NCBI GenBank assembly: GCA_014189685.1 | Contig: DVAB01000033.1 | Span: 2,298 to 34,297 of the forward strand | Reading direction: 5' to 3' | Source of the DNA: Candidatus Naiadarchaeum limnaeum | GTDB taxonomy: Archaea; Undinarchaeota; Undinarchaeia; Undinarchaeales; Naiadarchaeaceae | DNA: 32,000 nucleotides | Shown here: positions 14,097 through 23,898 of the stretch, one piece after another | Numbering within the stretch: position 1 is the first letter of the stretch | Layout: the number at the start of each line of letters is the position of its first letter | Made by a program: the position numbers and the translations under genes | The notes under the pieces: generated by a model | What the model saw: only the letters and a program-made list of their open reading frames with translations | Databases searched by the model: none | Told to the model about the DNA's origin: nothing

Positions 14097-14756
14097 ATGG
14101 CAATTGTAATATTGAATTTCAAAGCATACAAACAAGCAATTGGAGATGGAGCTCTAAAACTTGCGCAAATTGCAAAAGAAGTCTCACAGCAAACAGGAGT
14201 TCGAATTATAGTTGCCCCTCAACATACTGAAATCTCTAAAACATCTCTTATAATTGAAACAATAGCTCAAAACATAGATCCTATTGATCCGGGCAGAGGA
14301 ACAGGCTATCTTTTAGCAGATTCGGTTCTTCAAAACGGCGGAATAGGATCGATATTGAATCATTCTGAGCACAAAATGGACTTCCGTGAGCTGGGAGTTG
14401 CAGTTACAAAAATGCGCGAGATTGGATTAAAAAGTTTTGTTTGTGCAAAGGATACTGAGGAAGCGCGACAAATCGCATTTCTAAATCCTGACTTTATTGC
14501 AGTTGAGCCTCCTGAATTAATTGGAACTGGAAAATCAGTCTCAACAACTCAGCCAGAGGTTGTAAAAAATTCTGTTAATGCAATTCAGCAAGTAAATAAA
14601 AAGGTTAAAATCCTTTGCGGCGCAGGAATTTCAAATGGACTCGATGCAAAAAAAGCAAAAGAACTTGGAACAGAAGGAGTTTTGCTGGCAAGTGCCTTTG
14701 TTCTTGCAAAAGATCCAAAAGCAGTTCTTTTGGAAATTGCAAATGGATTAAAATGA
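14097..14756 (+). CDS. tpiA: Triosephosphate isomerase (short archaeal type)
   Basis: 219 aa. ILNFKAY, ILNHSEH, AVEPPELIGTG and CGAGIS are archaeal TIM signatures. Confidence 0.9.
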   Translation: MAIVILNFKAYKQAIGDGALKLAQIAKEVSQQTGVRIIVAPQHTEISKTSLIIETIAQNIDPIDPGRGTGYLLADSVLQNGGIGSILNHSEHKMDFRELGVAVTKMREIGLKSFVCAKDTEEARQIAFLNPDFIAVEPPELIGTGKSVSTTQPEVVKNSVNAIQQVNKKVKILCGAGISNGLDAKKAKELGTEGVLLASAFVLAKDPKAVLLEIANGLK

Positions 14757-15982
14757 CAACTAAGGAAATTTTAACAATAGATGATTTTAATTTAAAAAAC
14801 AAAACAGTTCTTGTTCGAGTTGATTTAAACTGTCCAATTGAGCCCCAAACAGGGGAATTTCTTGATGACAGGCGCATAATTCAGCATGCAAAGACCGTAA
14901 AAGAGCTTTCAGATAAAGGCGCAAAAGTTGTTGTTCTTGCCCATCAAGGCCGCGCAGGAGAAGAATACGATTTCACAACTTTAGAAAAGCATGCTAAGAG
15001 GCTTGCAAAACACACTGGGAATGGAGTTGAATATATTCCAGATATTATTGGTCCCTCCGCAAAACAAAAAATAAAATCACTTAAGTCAGGAGATATCTTA
15101 CTTTTGGAAAATGTTCGCTTTCTTGCAGAAGAAAATTTAAATCGCCCAGCAGATGCTCAGGCAACTACGCATTTTGTTAAAAATCTTGCTCCATTAGCAG
15201 ATTATTTTGTTATGGACGCATTTGCTGCCGCACATAGGTCACAGCCTTCACTTGTTGGATTTACAGAAGTTTTGCCCTCATTGGCTGGCCGTATTTTGGA
15301 GCAGGAAATCGTAATGCTAAATAAAGCAATCCAATCGAAAAAGCGCCCTTCTGTTTTTATCTCAGGCGGAGCAAAGGTAAAAGATTCCCTAAAAGTTGTA
15401 GAGCAGTTCTTAAATAGGGGAGTTGTTGATGAGGTCTTGACATGTGGCTTAGTAGGAAATATTTTTCTTGTTGCAAAAGGGTATGAAGTACGAGGTTCAG
15501 AGTATATTGAAGAATATGATAAACTTGTGGAAAAAGCAGGAAAACTGCTAAAAAATTTTTCTGATAAAATTTTTCTCCCAGACGATGTTGCAATGGATAA
15601 GTACGGGCAGAGAATGGAAGTTTCTGTTGCTGAACTTCCTCAGCCATACAGGCTCGCGGATATTGGAACAAAAACAATTGAAAAATATAAATCCAATATT
15701 GAAAAAGCCCAAACGATTATTGCAAATGGTCCTGCAGGAATCTTTGAGGCAAAGGAATTTGAAAAAGGAACAAATGAATTAGTGCGCGCTATTTCAAATT
15801 CAAAAGCCTACTCTGTTGTTGGGGGAGGCCATATTGCAACTGCAGTAATTAATTTAAACCTTGATTCTAAAATATCACACGTGAGCACAGGGGGTGGAGC
15901 GTGCATTCTCTATCTCGCAGGCGAACCACTTCCAGCTATTGAGGCTTTAAAAAAAGCTGCGCAAAAATTTGGGAAAAAATGA
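14753..15982 (+). CDS. pgk: Phosphoglycerate kinase
   Basis: The track ORF (14615) over-extends. The true ATG at 14753 overlaps the tpiA stop (ATGA) and gives MTTKEILTIDDF..KTVLVRVDLNCP. Also has HQGR, NVRF, AAHR and GGGA motifs. 409 aa. Confidence 0.9.
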   Translation: MTTKEILTIDDFNLKNKTVLVRVDLNCPIEPQTGEFLDDRRIIQHAKTVKELSDKGAKVVVLAHQGRAGEEYDFTTLEKHAKRLAKHTGNGVEYIPDIIGPSAKQKIKSLKSGDILLLENVRFLAEENLNRPADAQATTHFVKNLAPLADYFVMDAFAAAHRSQPSLVGFTEVLPSLAGRILEQEIVMLNKAIQSKKRPSVFISGGAKVKDSLKVVEQFLNRGVVDEVLTCGLVGNIFLVAKGYEVRGSEYIEEYDKLVEKAGKLLKNFSDKIFLPDDVAMDKYGQRMEVSVAELPQPYRLADIGTKTIEKYKSNIEKAQTIIANGPAGIFEAKEFEKGTNELVRAISNSKAYSVVGGGHIATAVINLNLDSKISHVSTGGGACILYLAGEPLPAIEALKKAAQKFGKK

Positions 15983-17007
15983 GCATTCGGGTTGGGGTTA
16001 ACGGATATGGGACAATAGGGAAACGCGTAGCTTATGCAATATCAAAACAGGATGATATGAAAGTTAGCGGAGTGATTAAACACACCCCTGATTTTGAAGC
16101 CAGATTTGCAGCTGAGAGGGGATTTGATGTTTATGTTACTGGGGAAGATCGCTTGAGTAAATTTGAAAAAGCAGGAATTAAAGTAAAAGGAACTAAAGAG
16201 GATCTTTTTGGAAAGGTTGATGTTGTTGTTGATGCAACCCCCGAGGGAATTGGAGAGGAGAATAAAAAGAACATTTACGAACCTCGTAAACTTTCAGCAA
16301 TTTTTGAAGGCGGGGAAGAGCCTTATGTTGCAGATACAAGTTTTGTTGCTCAGGTAAATTATGTAGAGGCCCTAGGAAAAAAGTATGTTAGATGTGTTTC
16401 CTGCAACACAACAGGAATTGTTAGAATTTTAAATGCTCTTGATAACGGCTTTAAAGTAAAAAAAGCTCGAGTTTTTCTTGCAAGACGCGCGACAGATCCA
16501 CACGAAATTAAAAAGGGCCCAATAAATGCAATTGTCCCTGATCCTGTTAGTATTCCAAGTCATCATGGGCCAGATGCTCAGACTGTTTTAAAAAATATGG
16601 ACATAACAACGCTTGCAATAAAAGTTCCTACCACAATTATGCATTTACATGCAATTAATGTTGAAGTTGCAAAAAGCGCAACAGCAAAAGATGTTATTGA
16701 TATATTAAATCAAACTCCTCGTATGATGCTTTTGCATTCCGGGGAAGGTATTCACTCAACTGCTGGAATAATTGAATACGCACGTGAATTAGGCAGATAC
16801 CGATACGATTTATATGAGAATATAATTTGGGAAGATTCTATTTCTGCTAATAAAAATGAGATCTACCTATATCAGGCAATCCATCAAGAAGCAGATGTTG
16901 TTCCAGAAAATGTCGATGCAATAAGGGCAATGTTTCAATTAGAAAAAGATCCAATTAAGTCTATTAGAAAAACAGATAAAAGTTTAGGAATTAAAACCCC
17001 ATCTTAG
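15979..17007 (+). CDS. gap: Glyceraldehyde-3-phosphate dehydrogenase, archaeal type (phosphorylating)
   Basis: VGVNGYGTIGKRVA, VSCNTTG (catalytic Cys) and PSHHGPD. ATGA overlap with pgk. Confidence 0.9.
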   Translation: MSIRVGVNGYGTIGKRVAYAISKQDDMKVSGVIKHTPDFEARFAAERGFDVYVTGEDRLSKFEKAGIKVKGTKEDLFGKVDVVVDATPEGIGEENKKNIYEPRKLSAIFEGGEEPYVADTSFVAQVNYVEALGKKYVRCVSCNTTGIVRILNALDNGFKVKKARVFLARRATDPHEIKKGPINAIVPDPVSIPSHHGPDAQTVLKNMDITTLAIKVPTTIMHLHAINVEVAKSATAKDVIDILNQTPRMMLLHSGEGIHSTAGIIEYARELGRYRYDLYENIIWEDSISANKNEIYLYQAIHQEADVVPENVDAIRAMFQLEKDPIKSIRKTDKSLGIKTPS

Positions 17008-18074
17008 CCATCTAATTTTGCCAAATAAACAAAAGGCGCACCTTCTTTATATTTTGTAAAGGCTATGTAAAGATTCCCATTGTATTCCATAAGTGAAGGC
17101 TCATCCTCAGCATCATCGCTTTCTGTAAGCCTTCTTATCTTACCCCAAACCAAACCATCTGAAGATGTTCGCATATATAAATCGTCCTGCTCAATCCAAA
17201 TTGCATAAACTTTTCCATTAAAAGAATATAAACTTCCTGAGCTCTTGAATTTATTCTCGCTTTCCCCTGTCAACTTTACTGCGGTGCTCCAAAATCCACC
17301 TGCGTATTTTTTAACATAGACATCATTTAGCTCACCATTTGGAATATAATTTTCATAAAGGACGAGAATATCCTTCCCATGCAAGGTCGCTTGTGGATTC
17401 TTATCGTCTGTTGTTGCGGCAATTCCTGTTAAAGTTATTCCATCAAACCAGAAATCCCCTCTCAACAATCTCGAGGAAGTAAACCCATAATCAGTTGGCT
17501 TTCCCTTTGTCCAAAAAAGGTATAAATCATTTTTATAGATTACAGCGCTGCTATTATAGTAGTAAAATAGCGACTCAAGTGCACCAACTTCTTTTTTCCC
17601 GCTCCAATCTTTTCCATTAAATATTTTGTAGTAAATAGTTGCTGCTTGACTTCTTGGAACTGTTTGTGTGTAGAAAATGTAGAGATTTCCTGAATAAGAT
17701 ATTGAGGCTGGCTGTATGTCATCTATATCGCTGTTTTCAATTAAAACATCACTCCCAAAACTTTTTCCATCAAAGCTCTTTACATAGATGTCCTCAGAGC
17801 TTCCTGTGAAACGTTCATAAGCTATCCAAAGTTTTCCATTATAAATCGCAATAGCTGGATTTTTTCCAGGAGTTGCCAGCTTTTCATCAATTATTGAATA
17901 AGTTTTTTCAGTTGAAGTAGGGGGAACGCTTATATTTACTGGCTCAGGCGGTAGCGTAGTAACATTCCCACCAATTGGGGTTTCTGTTTTGTTCTCTAAC
18001 GGTCCCTGGGCTGAGATGCATCCACTGATTATAAGAACTGCCGCCAGCAAAACAATAATATAACTATTTTTCAT
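17004..18074 (-). CDS. Secreted, possibly lipid-anchored, beta-propeller repeat protein
   Basis: The track start (18089) is TTG; the ATG at 18074 gives MKNSYIIVLLAAVLIISGC, a lipobox-like signal. About six ~45-aa repeats each carry a YNGKLY-type motif (IYNGKLWIAY, YSGNLYIFY, YKNDLYLFW, HGKDILVLY, FNGKVYAIW, YNGNLYIAF). Confidence 0.65.
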   Translation of the reverse strand: MKNSYIIVLLAAVLIISGCISAQGPLENKTETPIGGNVTTLPPEPVNISVPPTSTEKTYSIIDEKLATPGKNPAIAIYNGKLWIAYERFTGSSEDIYVKSFDGKSFGSDVLIENSDIDDIQPASISYSGNLYIFYTQTVPRSQAATIYYKIFNGKDWSGKKEVGALESLFYYYNSSAVIYKNDLYLFWTKGKPTDYGFTSSRLLRGDFWFDGITLTGIAATTDDKNPQATLHGKDILVLYENYIPNGELNDVYVKKYAGGFWSTAVKLTGESENKFKSSGSLYSFNGKVYAIWIEQDDLYMRTSSDGLVWGKIRRLTESDDAEDEPSLMEYNGNLYIAFTKYKEGAPFVYLAKLDG

Positions 18075-18110
18075 GCTCTCAAATATCAAATGACCTAAAT
18101 ATAAACCTTC

Positions 18111-18821
18111 TTATAAGTACGAGTATCGTCCTGTTCGACGCTTATAGTGCATAATTTTTTTGTCTAGTTTTTCTTTATCCTCCTCCAGTTCTTTCAAAGC
18201 TTTTAAAATTCCTTTTCTATGTCCAACTCCAACCACTGCTACTATTTTATTATATTTCTGGCTTAGGTTGAAAAGATGATTCGCCATATAGGTATCACGC
18301 TCCTCAACTAGGACTTTGTACAAATTAGGAGAAATTTTCTTTAATTCATCTAAAACTTTTTCAACTACTCGTTCAAGTGGAACTTTTCTTAAATCAATTT
18401 TTTCATCTACATTGCTTTTTTTAAAAAGGCTAAAGAAAAGTTTCAGCTTTTCTATAAATGGAATGCTCCTCATCCTCTCGAGAGTAACAAGTATGTTTTG
18501 ATCTATCAGCGCCAAATCTGCTCTTATTTCCCTTGCAATATTTACTGCGGTTAACATTTCCTCGCCTGGCATAACTCCTGTTTTTCTTCCAAGATATCTT
18601 TGAATAGACGAAAATATTTTTGCTACAAAAAAATTTCTAACTCCTATTTGAGAAATTGATCGAAAACCTATAGTCTGTTTTCTCAGCAAACCCTCCAATC
18701 TTCCTGGGTCTAGCTCAACTGCCACGCAATCAGGCTTTTCTTTTTTTATTGTACTCTCTATCTGCCTGATGCTCTCTGGGGAGATGTGCGAAGTCCCAAT
18801 AATCTTTAGTTTTGCTTTCAT
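18111..18821 (-). CDS. TraB/PrgY-family protein
   Basis: The N-terminal IIGTSHIS..S, PDCVAVELD and later GVGH motifs are typical of the TraB family. Confidence 0.8.
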   Translation of the reverse strand: MKAKLKIIGTSHISPESIRQIESTIKKEKPDCVAVELDPGRLEGLLRKQTIGFRSISQIGVRNFFVAKIFSSIQRYLGRKTGVMPGEEMLTAVNIAREIRADLALIDQNILVTLERMRSIPFIEKLKLFFSLFKKSNVDEKIDLRKVPLERVVEKVLDELKKISPNLYKVLVEERDTYMANHLFNLSQKYNKIVAVVGVGHRKGILKALKELEEDKEKLDKKIMHYKRRTGRYSYL

Positions 18822-18864
18822 CTAGTAAAGTTATTTAATAAGCTCTATAGATAAAAGAGTTGCC

Positions 18865-19212
18865 ATGGAATACAAACAGGTTGTTGTTATTAGAAAAGAT
18901 TTAAACTTGAGTATCGGGAAAATCGCAGATCAGGTAGCGCATGCTTCTTTAACCGCATATTCTAAAACAGGAAAAATAATAAAGGATAACTGGGAGCGCG
19001 AGGGGGCAAAAAAAGTTGTACTTGGTGTTAATTCTGAAACTGAATTAAAAAATTTGTATGAAAAGGCAAAGCGCCGCGGAATTACAGCTGTTCTGATAAA
19101 AGATGCCGGGCTGACTGAAATTCCTGCCGGTACAATAACTGCGCTTGCAATCGGGCCTGAAAAATCTGAACTTGTTGATAAGATAACTGGAAACCTGCCT
19201 TTGCTTTCTTAA
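18865..19212 (+). CDS. pth2: Peptidyl-tRNA hydrolase, archaeal Pth2 type
   Basis: 115 aa. KQVVVIRKDLNLSIGKIADQVAHAS, KVVL and DAGLTEIPAGTITALAIGP. Confidence 0.9.
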   Translation: MEYKQVVVIRKDLNLSIGKIADQVAHASLTAYSKTGKIIKDNWEREGAKKVVLGVNSETELKNLYEKAKRRGITAVLIKDAGLTEIPAGTITALAIGPEKSELVDKITGNLPLLS

Positions 19213-19214
19213 TC

Positions 19215-20372
19215 ATGGATTTATCCAAAATAGGAATTACAGAATTTGCAACAAAAACTTCTGGAATAGGTGGCATTATAAAGAAAAATCCAGGGGATTT
19301 TATTGTTCAGGAAATTTCTTTGAACGGAGAAATTGCAGCTCTTGAGCCAAATCCAGAACCAATAGAAAACAATTCTGAGTACACAGAATTTACTTTAGTA
19401 AAAAATAATTGGAACCAAGCAATTCTGCTTAAAAAAATTTCAGATAGGTTAGGATTTTCAAAAAAGCGCCTCCATTTTGCAGGCACAAAGGATAAGTACG
19501 CAATAACAGCACAGAGAATTTCTGCTTGGAAAATTTCTCCGGAGCAGCTTTCAAAGGTTTCAATAAAGGATTGCAAATTGGGGGAGTTTGAAGGAAAAGA
19601 CAGTCGCCTAGAACTAGGGGATTTGTGGGGAAACAGGTTTACAATTTTAATTAGGGAAATAACTGCTCCTAAACATAAACTTATTTCTAAGATTGAGGAT
19701 TTTCTTAAAGAATTAAAAAAACTTGGCGGCCTTCCAAATTTCTTTGGAGAGCAAAGATTCGGAATTCGATTAAATAATCATATTATTGGGAAGAAATTAA
19801 TTCAAAATGATATTGAAGGCGCGATAAAATCGTTTTTGGCTGGTACAATTGAAAATGAATTAGCAGAAGGAAAAGAAGCAAGAATCTTTTTATCGGAAAA
19901 TTGGGGAAAATTTAAAGATGCGTTAAAAAAATATCCGGTTTACATGAGATTTGAGCGCGCACTTTTAAATCATTTAGTTCAATTCCCAAATGATTATGTT
20001 GGGGCATTTAAAAAACTGCACAAGAACACTTACAAACTTTTCACGCATGCCTTTCAGGCCGATGCTTTTAATCAAGAGCTTTCATCTAAAATAAAAAATG
20101 ACGGGTCTCTTTCCGAAGGAGGAACTCTTGTCGGCTATAATACAGAACTGAATGATTTTCAGGAGGAATTTTTAAAAAAAGAGGGATTATCAAAGGAGCG
20201 GCTCAAGATCAATTCCTTTCCAGAAGCCTCAATAAGCGGCGGTCCGCGAAAATTTTTGGCAGAAATAAAAAACATCTCATATTCGCTTGAAAATAATAAC
20301 TTAAAAATTTCTTTTGATTTAGAAAAAGGAGCCTATGCAACTGTTTTTTTGCACGAGCTTATGAAAGTATAA
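19215..20372 (+). CDS. truD: tRNA pseudouridine synthase D (TruD/Pus7 family)
   Basis: DFIVQEI, FAGTKDKYA (catalytic Asp), NFFGEQRFG and GAYATVFLHELMK. Confidence 0.9.
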   Translation: MDLSKIGITEFATKTSGIGGIIKKNPGDFIVQEISLNGEIAALEPNPEPIENNSEYTEFTLVKNNWNQAILLKKISDRLGFSKKRLHFAGTKDKYAITAQRISAWKISPEQLSKVSIKDCKLGEFEGKDSRLELGDLWGNRFTILIREITAPKHKLISKIEDFLKELKKLGGLPNFFGEQRFGIRLNNHIIGKKLIQNDIEGAIKSFLAGTIENELAEGKEARIFLSENWGKFKDALKKYPVYMRFERALLNHLVQFPNDYVGAFKKLHKNTYKLFTHAFQADAFNQELSSKIKNDGSLSEGGTLVGYNTELNDFQEEFLKKEGLSKERLKINSFPEASISGGPRKFLAEIKNISYSLENNNLKISFDLEKGAYATVFLHELMKV

Positions 20373-20423
20373 AGCTATATTAATAAGGCAGTCTTTATTA
20401 TAAGACTTAACTTTTTAGCTAAC

Positions 20424-22898
20424 ATGAGTGAACATGAGGGAGAATCAAAAAGGGAGAAGGATGAGCCTTTTATAATCCTTGGCGGCTCAGCGAAAGAGGG
20501 GAAAGAAGAGAAAAAAGAGTCTCATAAAAAATCAGATAGCGAGGAATATGTAATAGACCTTTCCCTAACAAAAAAACTTTTTGAGGGAAAGCACAAAAAA
20601 CTTTTCTGGAAAGTAGCAGTATATGTCCTTTTACTCATAATCCTTCTATTAGCAGCCCAATTGCGCCTTATCCCAATTGATACCTATCCAGAAGGGGCTC
20701 CACTCGCCTCAGCGGACCCATGGTGGCAGTACAGGCATGCTCGCGAGATTTACGAGCAGGGCTACCCTGGAACAGATATAAAAATTGTTGATGGGAAGCC
20801 TCTTTACTGGGATTACTTGCATGATGCCCCTACTGGGGGCCCTGCCCCAAAAGAATTTTACATTTATTTTGTTGGGTATTCCTATCGCTATATTGGGCAA
20901 TATTTTTTCCCAACTTTACTTGAATATATAAAATTTACACCAATTCTTTTTGCAGTTCTTGCAACCCTATCGATGTTCTTGCTTGTACGGGAGTTGTTCG
21001 GAGCGAAGTCAGCACTTATGGCAGCATTCCTCTTTGGGATATCTGCTCCCTTTCTTCAGAGGACTGTTGTTGGCCATGCAGATACGGATGCAATAATAGG
21101 ATTTTTCACTCTGTTTACACTTTTTCTTTTTTTCAGAGCATGGAAAAAGAAATCTTTTTTGTGGGCAGGAGCTGCCGGAATCTCTCTGGGTTTATTCGGA
21201 TTCACATGGCCAGGCGGATACACAGCAACTGCGATAATATTGGTTTTAGGGGCTTTCATCTATTATGCACTAAGACTTTTGGAGACAACACTTTTCAGCG
21301 AAGGGCCGCTTTCTGAAATAAAATGGTATTATTTAACACTTATTTTTGTGACAGTTTTTGCAGAATTGATTTTATTTATGAAAGTAGGATTAACAAGAGT
21401 TCTTTTATATGGAGGCGCATTTCTGTTTATAATCTCTGCAATAATCCCATTAGTTATATTGCTAGTAAAAGGAAGAAGTAAATTTAGAGAGCTTTTAATA
21501 GAGGAGTGGCGAGGGTTTGCAGTGCTTGCAATATTTTTAGGAATTGGTCTGGTAATGGTGGCAATAATAATCAGTCCTCTTCATGCAAACCTTTTGCGCT
21601 CATTTGAAGGATTCTTGCAATTAAGATCAATTCAACGTGCTGCACTAGTTCCAGGAGGAGATGTAATTCGAAACGTGCTATTAACAGTTGCAGAATTTAA
21701 TCCAACAGACCCAAGAATAATAACTTTCTCAACCCATATTGCAGTTTATATTCTTGCCGCGTTTTCTTTATTTGCTCTGCCAATCTGGCTTTACAAAAAT
21801 ATCAAAGGGGAAAAATCACACTTCGCAATGTACGTAGTTCCATTCATTTTATTGTGGGTGGGCTCAACATACTTTGCATCATTAAATGCAGTGCGCTTTA
21901 TTGAAAACTTTTCAATGCCAATGGTTATACTTGCTTCTGTTCTCATTGGGACAGGAGATTATTTAAGCGTCTTTAATTTGAAGAAAAGCTGGCATACAAT
22001 TTCTACAGTAGTTTTAGCAATTTTAGTTATTTTTGTGCTGGTTGGAGTTCCAAACATATCTCCTGTTAAAGGAGCAAACCAAATTGGTGCTCCCTATGTG
22101 CAAGGTGCAATTGGACTTGCTGAGCGCGCAGGAGGAGGAGAGGCACCAAACTGGCTTGACTTCTTTAAATGGGCGCGCGAAAACACGCCCAAAGGAACAA
22201 TCTTTGCATCTTGGTGGGACCCGGGGCACGCATTTACAGCTTTAGCAGAAAGGCCAACAGTTGCAGATGGTTCGCAAAATCATAACCATGTCCATGATTT
22301 AGCATTGATGTTTACTCTGAACAATAGTGGCGATGTCGATCTCGCTTTAAAGTTGATGGAAAAGTATAACATATCTTACTTTTACACAAGTTCGGACTTG
22401 ATTGGAAAATATGGTGCAATAAGTTTTCTTGGAACCGGGAAGGCGGAAAACTACGAGATGCTCGCTGTTGATAAAACCCAAGTAGCGCAATCAGGAGGCG
22501 GCGATTTATTAATTCCATATCCATTTGATATACAAACTGAAAGCGGAAAAGTGCCAACAGTCATCATACTTAATTTAAAGAATAATGGGACAGATGCAGA
22601 TGTTGTGTGGAGAATTGCAGATTCTCCTGCAAGAAAAATTGCCCGCTTTTACTTCAACACCCCAGATGGAAAACTGCAATACAGGGAAAGCAATCTTACT
22701 AATGAGACAATAGACATGATGTTCTATGTTCTTCCTGGATATGGAAATGCGTATTTCTTGCAAAAACATATTGAAACAAATCTTCTCACAAGGCTACATA
22801 TTTTTGAGGGGCGTGGATTGGAGGACTATTTTGAAAAAGTAAAGGACTTTGGAGGAGAAATAAAAGTTTTCAAAGTAAAATACGATAAGCTAAAATAA
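20424..22898 (+). CDS. aglB: Dolichyl-phosphooligosaccharide-protein glycotransferase (oligosaccharyltransferase AglB/STT3)
   Basis: 824 aa with ~13 TM helices followed by a soluble C-domain. Has ADPWW in the first loop, GHADTDA, and the WWDxG motif as SWWDPGH. Confidence 0.9.
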   Translation: MSEHEGESKREKDEPFIILGGSAKEGKEEKKESHKKSDSEEYVIDLSLTKKLFEGKHKKLFWKVAVYVLLLIILLLAAQLRLIPIDTYPEGAPLASADPWWQYRHAREIYEQGYPGTDIKIVDGKPLYWDYLHDAPTGGPAPKEFYIYFVGYSYRYIGQYFFPTLLEYIKFTPILFAVLATLSMFLLVRELFGAKSALMAAFLFGISAPFLQRTVVGHADTDAIIGFFTLFTLFLFFRAWKKKSFLWAGAAGISLGLFGFTWPGGYTATAIILVLGAFIYYALRLLETTLFSEGPLSEIKWYYLTLIFVTVFAELILFMKVGLTRVLLYGGAFLFIISAIIPLVILLVKGRSKFRELLIEEWRGFAVLAIFLGIGLVMVAIIISPLHANLLRSFEGFLQLRSIQRAALVPGGDVIRNVLLTVAEFNPTDPRIITFSTHIAVYILAAFSLFALPIWLYKNIKGEKSHFAMYVVPFILLWVGSTYFASLNAVRFIENFSMPMVILASVLIGTGDYLSVFNLKKSWHTISTVVLAILVIFVLVGVPNISPVKGANQIGAPYVQGAIGLAERAGGGEAPNWLDFFKWARENTPKGTIFASWWDPGHAFTALAERPTVADGSQNHNHVHDLALMFTLNNSGDVDLALKLMEKYNISYFYTSSDLIGKYGAISFLGTGKAENYEMLAVDKTQVAQSGGGDLLIPYPFDIQTESGKVPTVIILNLKNNGTDADVVWRIADSPARKIARFYFNTPDGKLQYRESNLTNETIDMMFYVLPGYGNAYFLQKHIETNLLTRLHIFEGRGLEDYFEKVKDFGGEIKVFKVKYDKLK

Positions 22899-22906
22899 TT
22901 ACAAAA

Positions 22907-23851
22907 ATGCGCGTAGCCGTTATAGGTCTCGGGAGTATGGGAGTGAATCATGCAAGAGTTTATTCTACTTTAAAAGCTGTTGAGCTTGTTGCTTGCTCCG
23001 ATATTTCAAAATCTTCTGAGGAAAAGGCAAGGACTTTTGGTGCTAATTTCTATACTGATTACAAAAAAATGCTTTCAAAGGAAAAGCCGGAAATTGTAAG
23101 CATTTGTGTTCCAACAACACTACACAAAAAAGTTGCTGTTGATTGCCTTAGGCGTGGAATCAATACTTTAGTTGAAAAACCAATTGCCGATTCTGAAAAA
23201 AACGCAAGCTCAATAATTAACGTTGCTAAAAAAACAGGAGCAAAACTTATGGTCGGGCATCTAGAGCGCTTTAACCCTGTTATAACTGCGATTAAAAATT
23301 ATATTTCTTCAAATGGGGGCAAAATTTTTTCAATAAATATCGAGCGGGTTGGCCCGATTCCCCCTAGAATAAAAGATGTCGGGGTTGTTCTTGATTTAGG
23401 AACGCATGATATTGATATATCAACTTTTTTAACGAAACAAAAAGTCAAACAAGTTTACTGTACAACAAATTCCTATACCAATCCTTCAAAACACGAGGAT
23501 TCCGCTCACATAACGCTAGAGCTTTCAAATGGAATTTCTGTATCGATAACAACAAATTGGCTAACTCCATATAAGCAAAGAACAATACAAGTAATAACAG
23601 ATAAAAGTGTTATACATGGAAATCTGCAAACTCAGGAACTTGTTGAATTCACAAAAAATGGAAATTCTTATACAAACAATAATCTACCTGTTGAAAAAAC
23701 CGAACCACTTTCTCTTGAGATAAAAGAATTTGTAAATTCAATTAAGAAGAATAGTGTTCCTCCTATAACAGGAGAAGATGGTTCGTATGCCTTAAAAATC
23801 GCGCAGCTTTGCTTGAAAAGTGCAAAAGAAAAACGTGCGATTAAAGTATAG
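22907..23851 (+). CDS. Gfo/Idh/MocA-family NAD-dependent sugar-nucleotide dehydrogenase (WbpB / UDP-GlcNAc 3-dehydrogenase-like)
   Basis: MRVAVIGLGSMGVNHARVY (Rossmann fold), VEKPIA and GHLERFNP. Sits directly after aglB. Confidence 0.75.
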   Translation: MRVAVIGLGSMGVNHARVYSTLKAVELVACSDISKSSEEKARTFGANFYTDYKKMLSKEKPEIVSICVPTTLHKKVAVDCLRRGINTLVEKPIADSEKNASSIINVAKKTGAKLMVGHLERFNPVITAIKNYISSNGGKIFSINIERVGPIPPRIKDVGVVLDLGTHDIDISTFLTKQKVKQVYCTTNSYTNPSKHEDSAHITLELSNGISVSITTNWLTPYKQRTIQVITDKSVIHGNLQTQELVEFTKNGNSYTNNNLPVEKTEPLSLEIKEFVNSIKKNSVPPITGEDGSYALKIAQLCLKSAKEKRAIKV

Positions 23852-23898
23852 GTTGCCTCAATTTGCCGCAGGCAGATTGCGAATTTCACAAACTTTCA

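Noticed and set aside
14615-14752. N-terminal 46-codon extension of the pgk ORF (track start 14615)
   Set aside because: The extension overlaps the 3' end of tpiA in another frame and encodes an Arg/Lys/Cys-rich non-PGK sequence. The conserved PGK N-terminus begins at the ATG at 14753, which forms an ATGA overlap with the tpiA stop.
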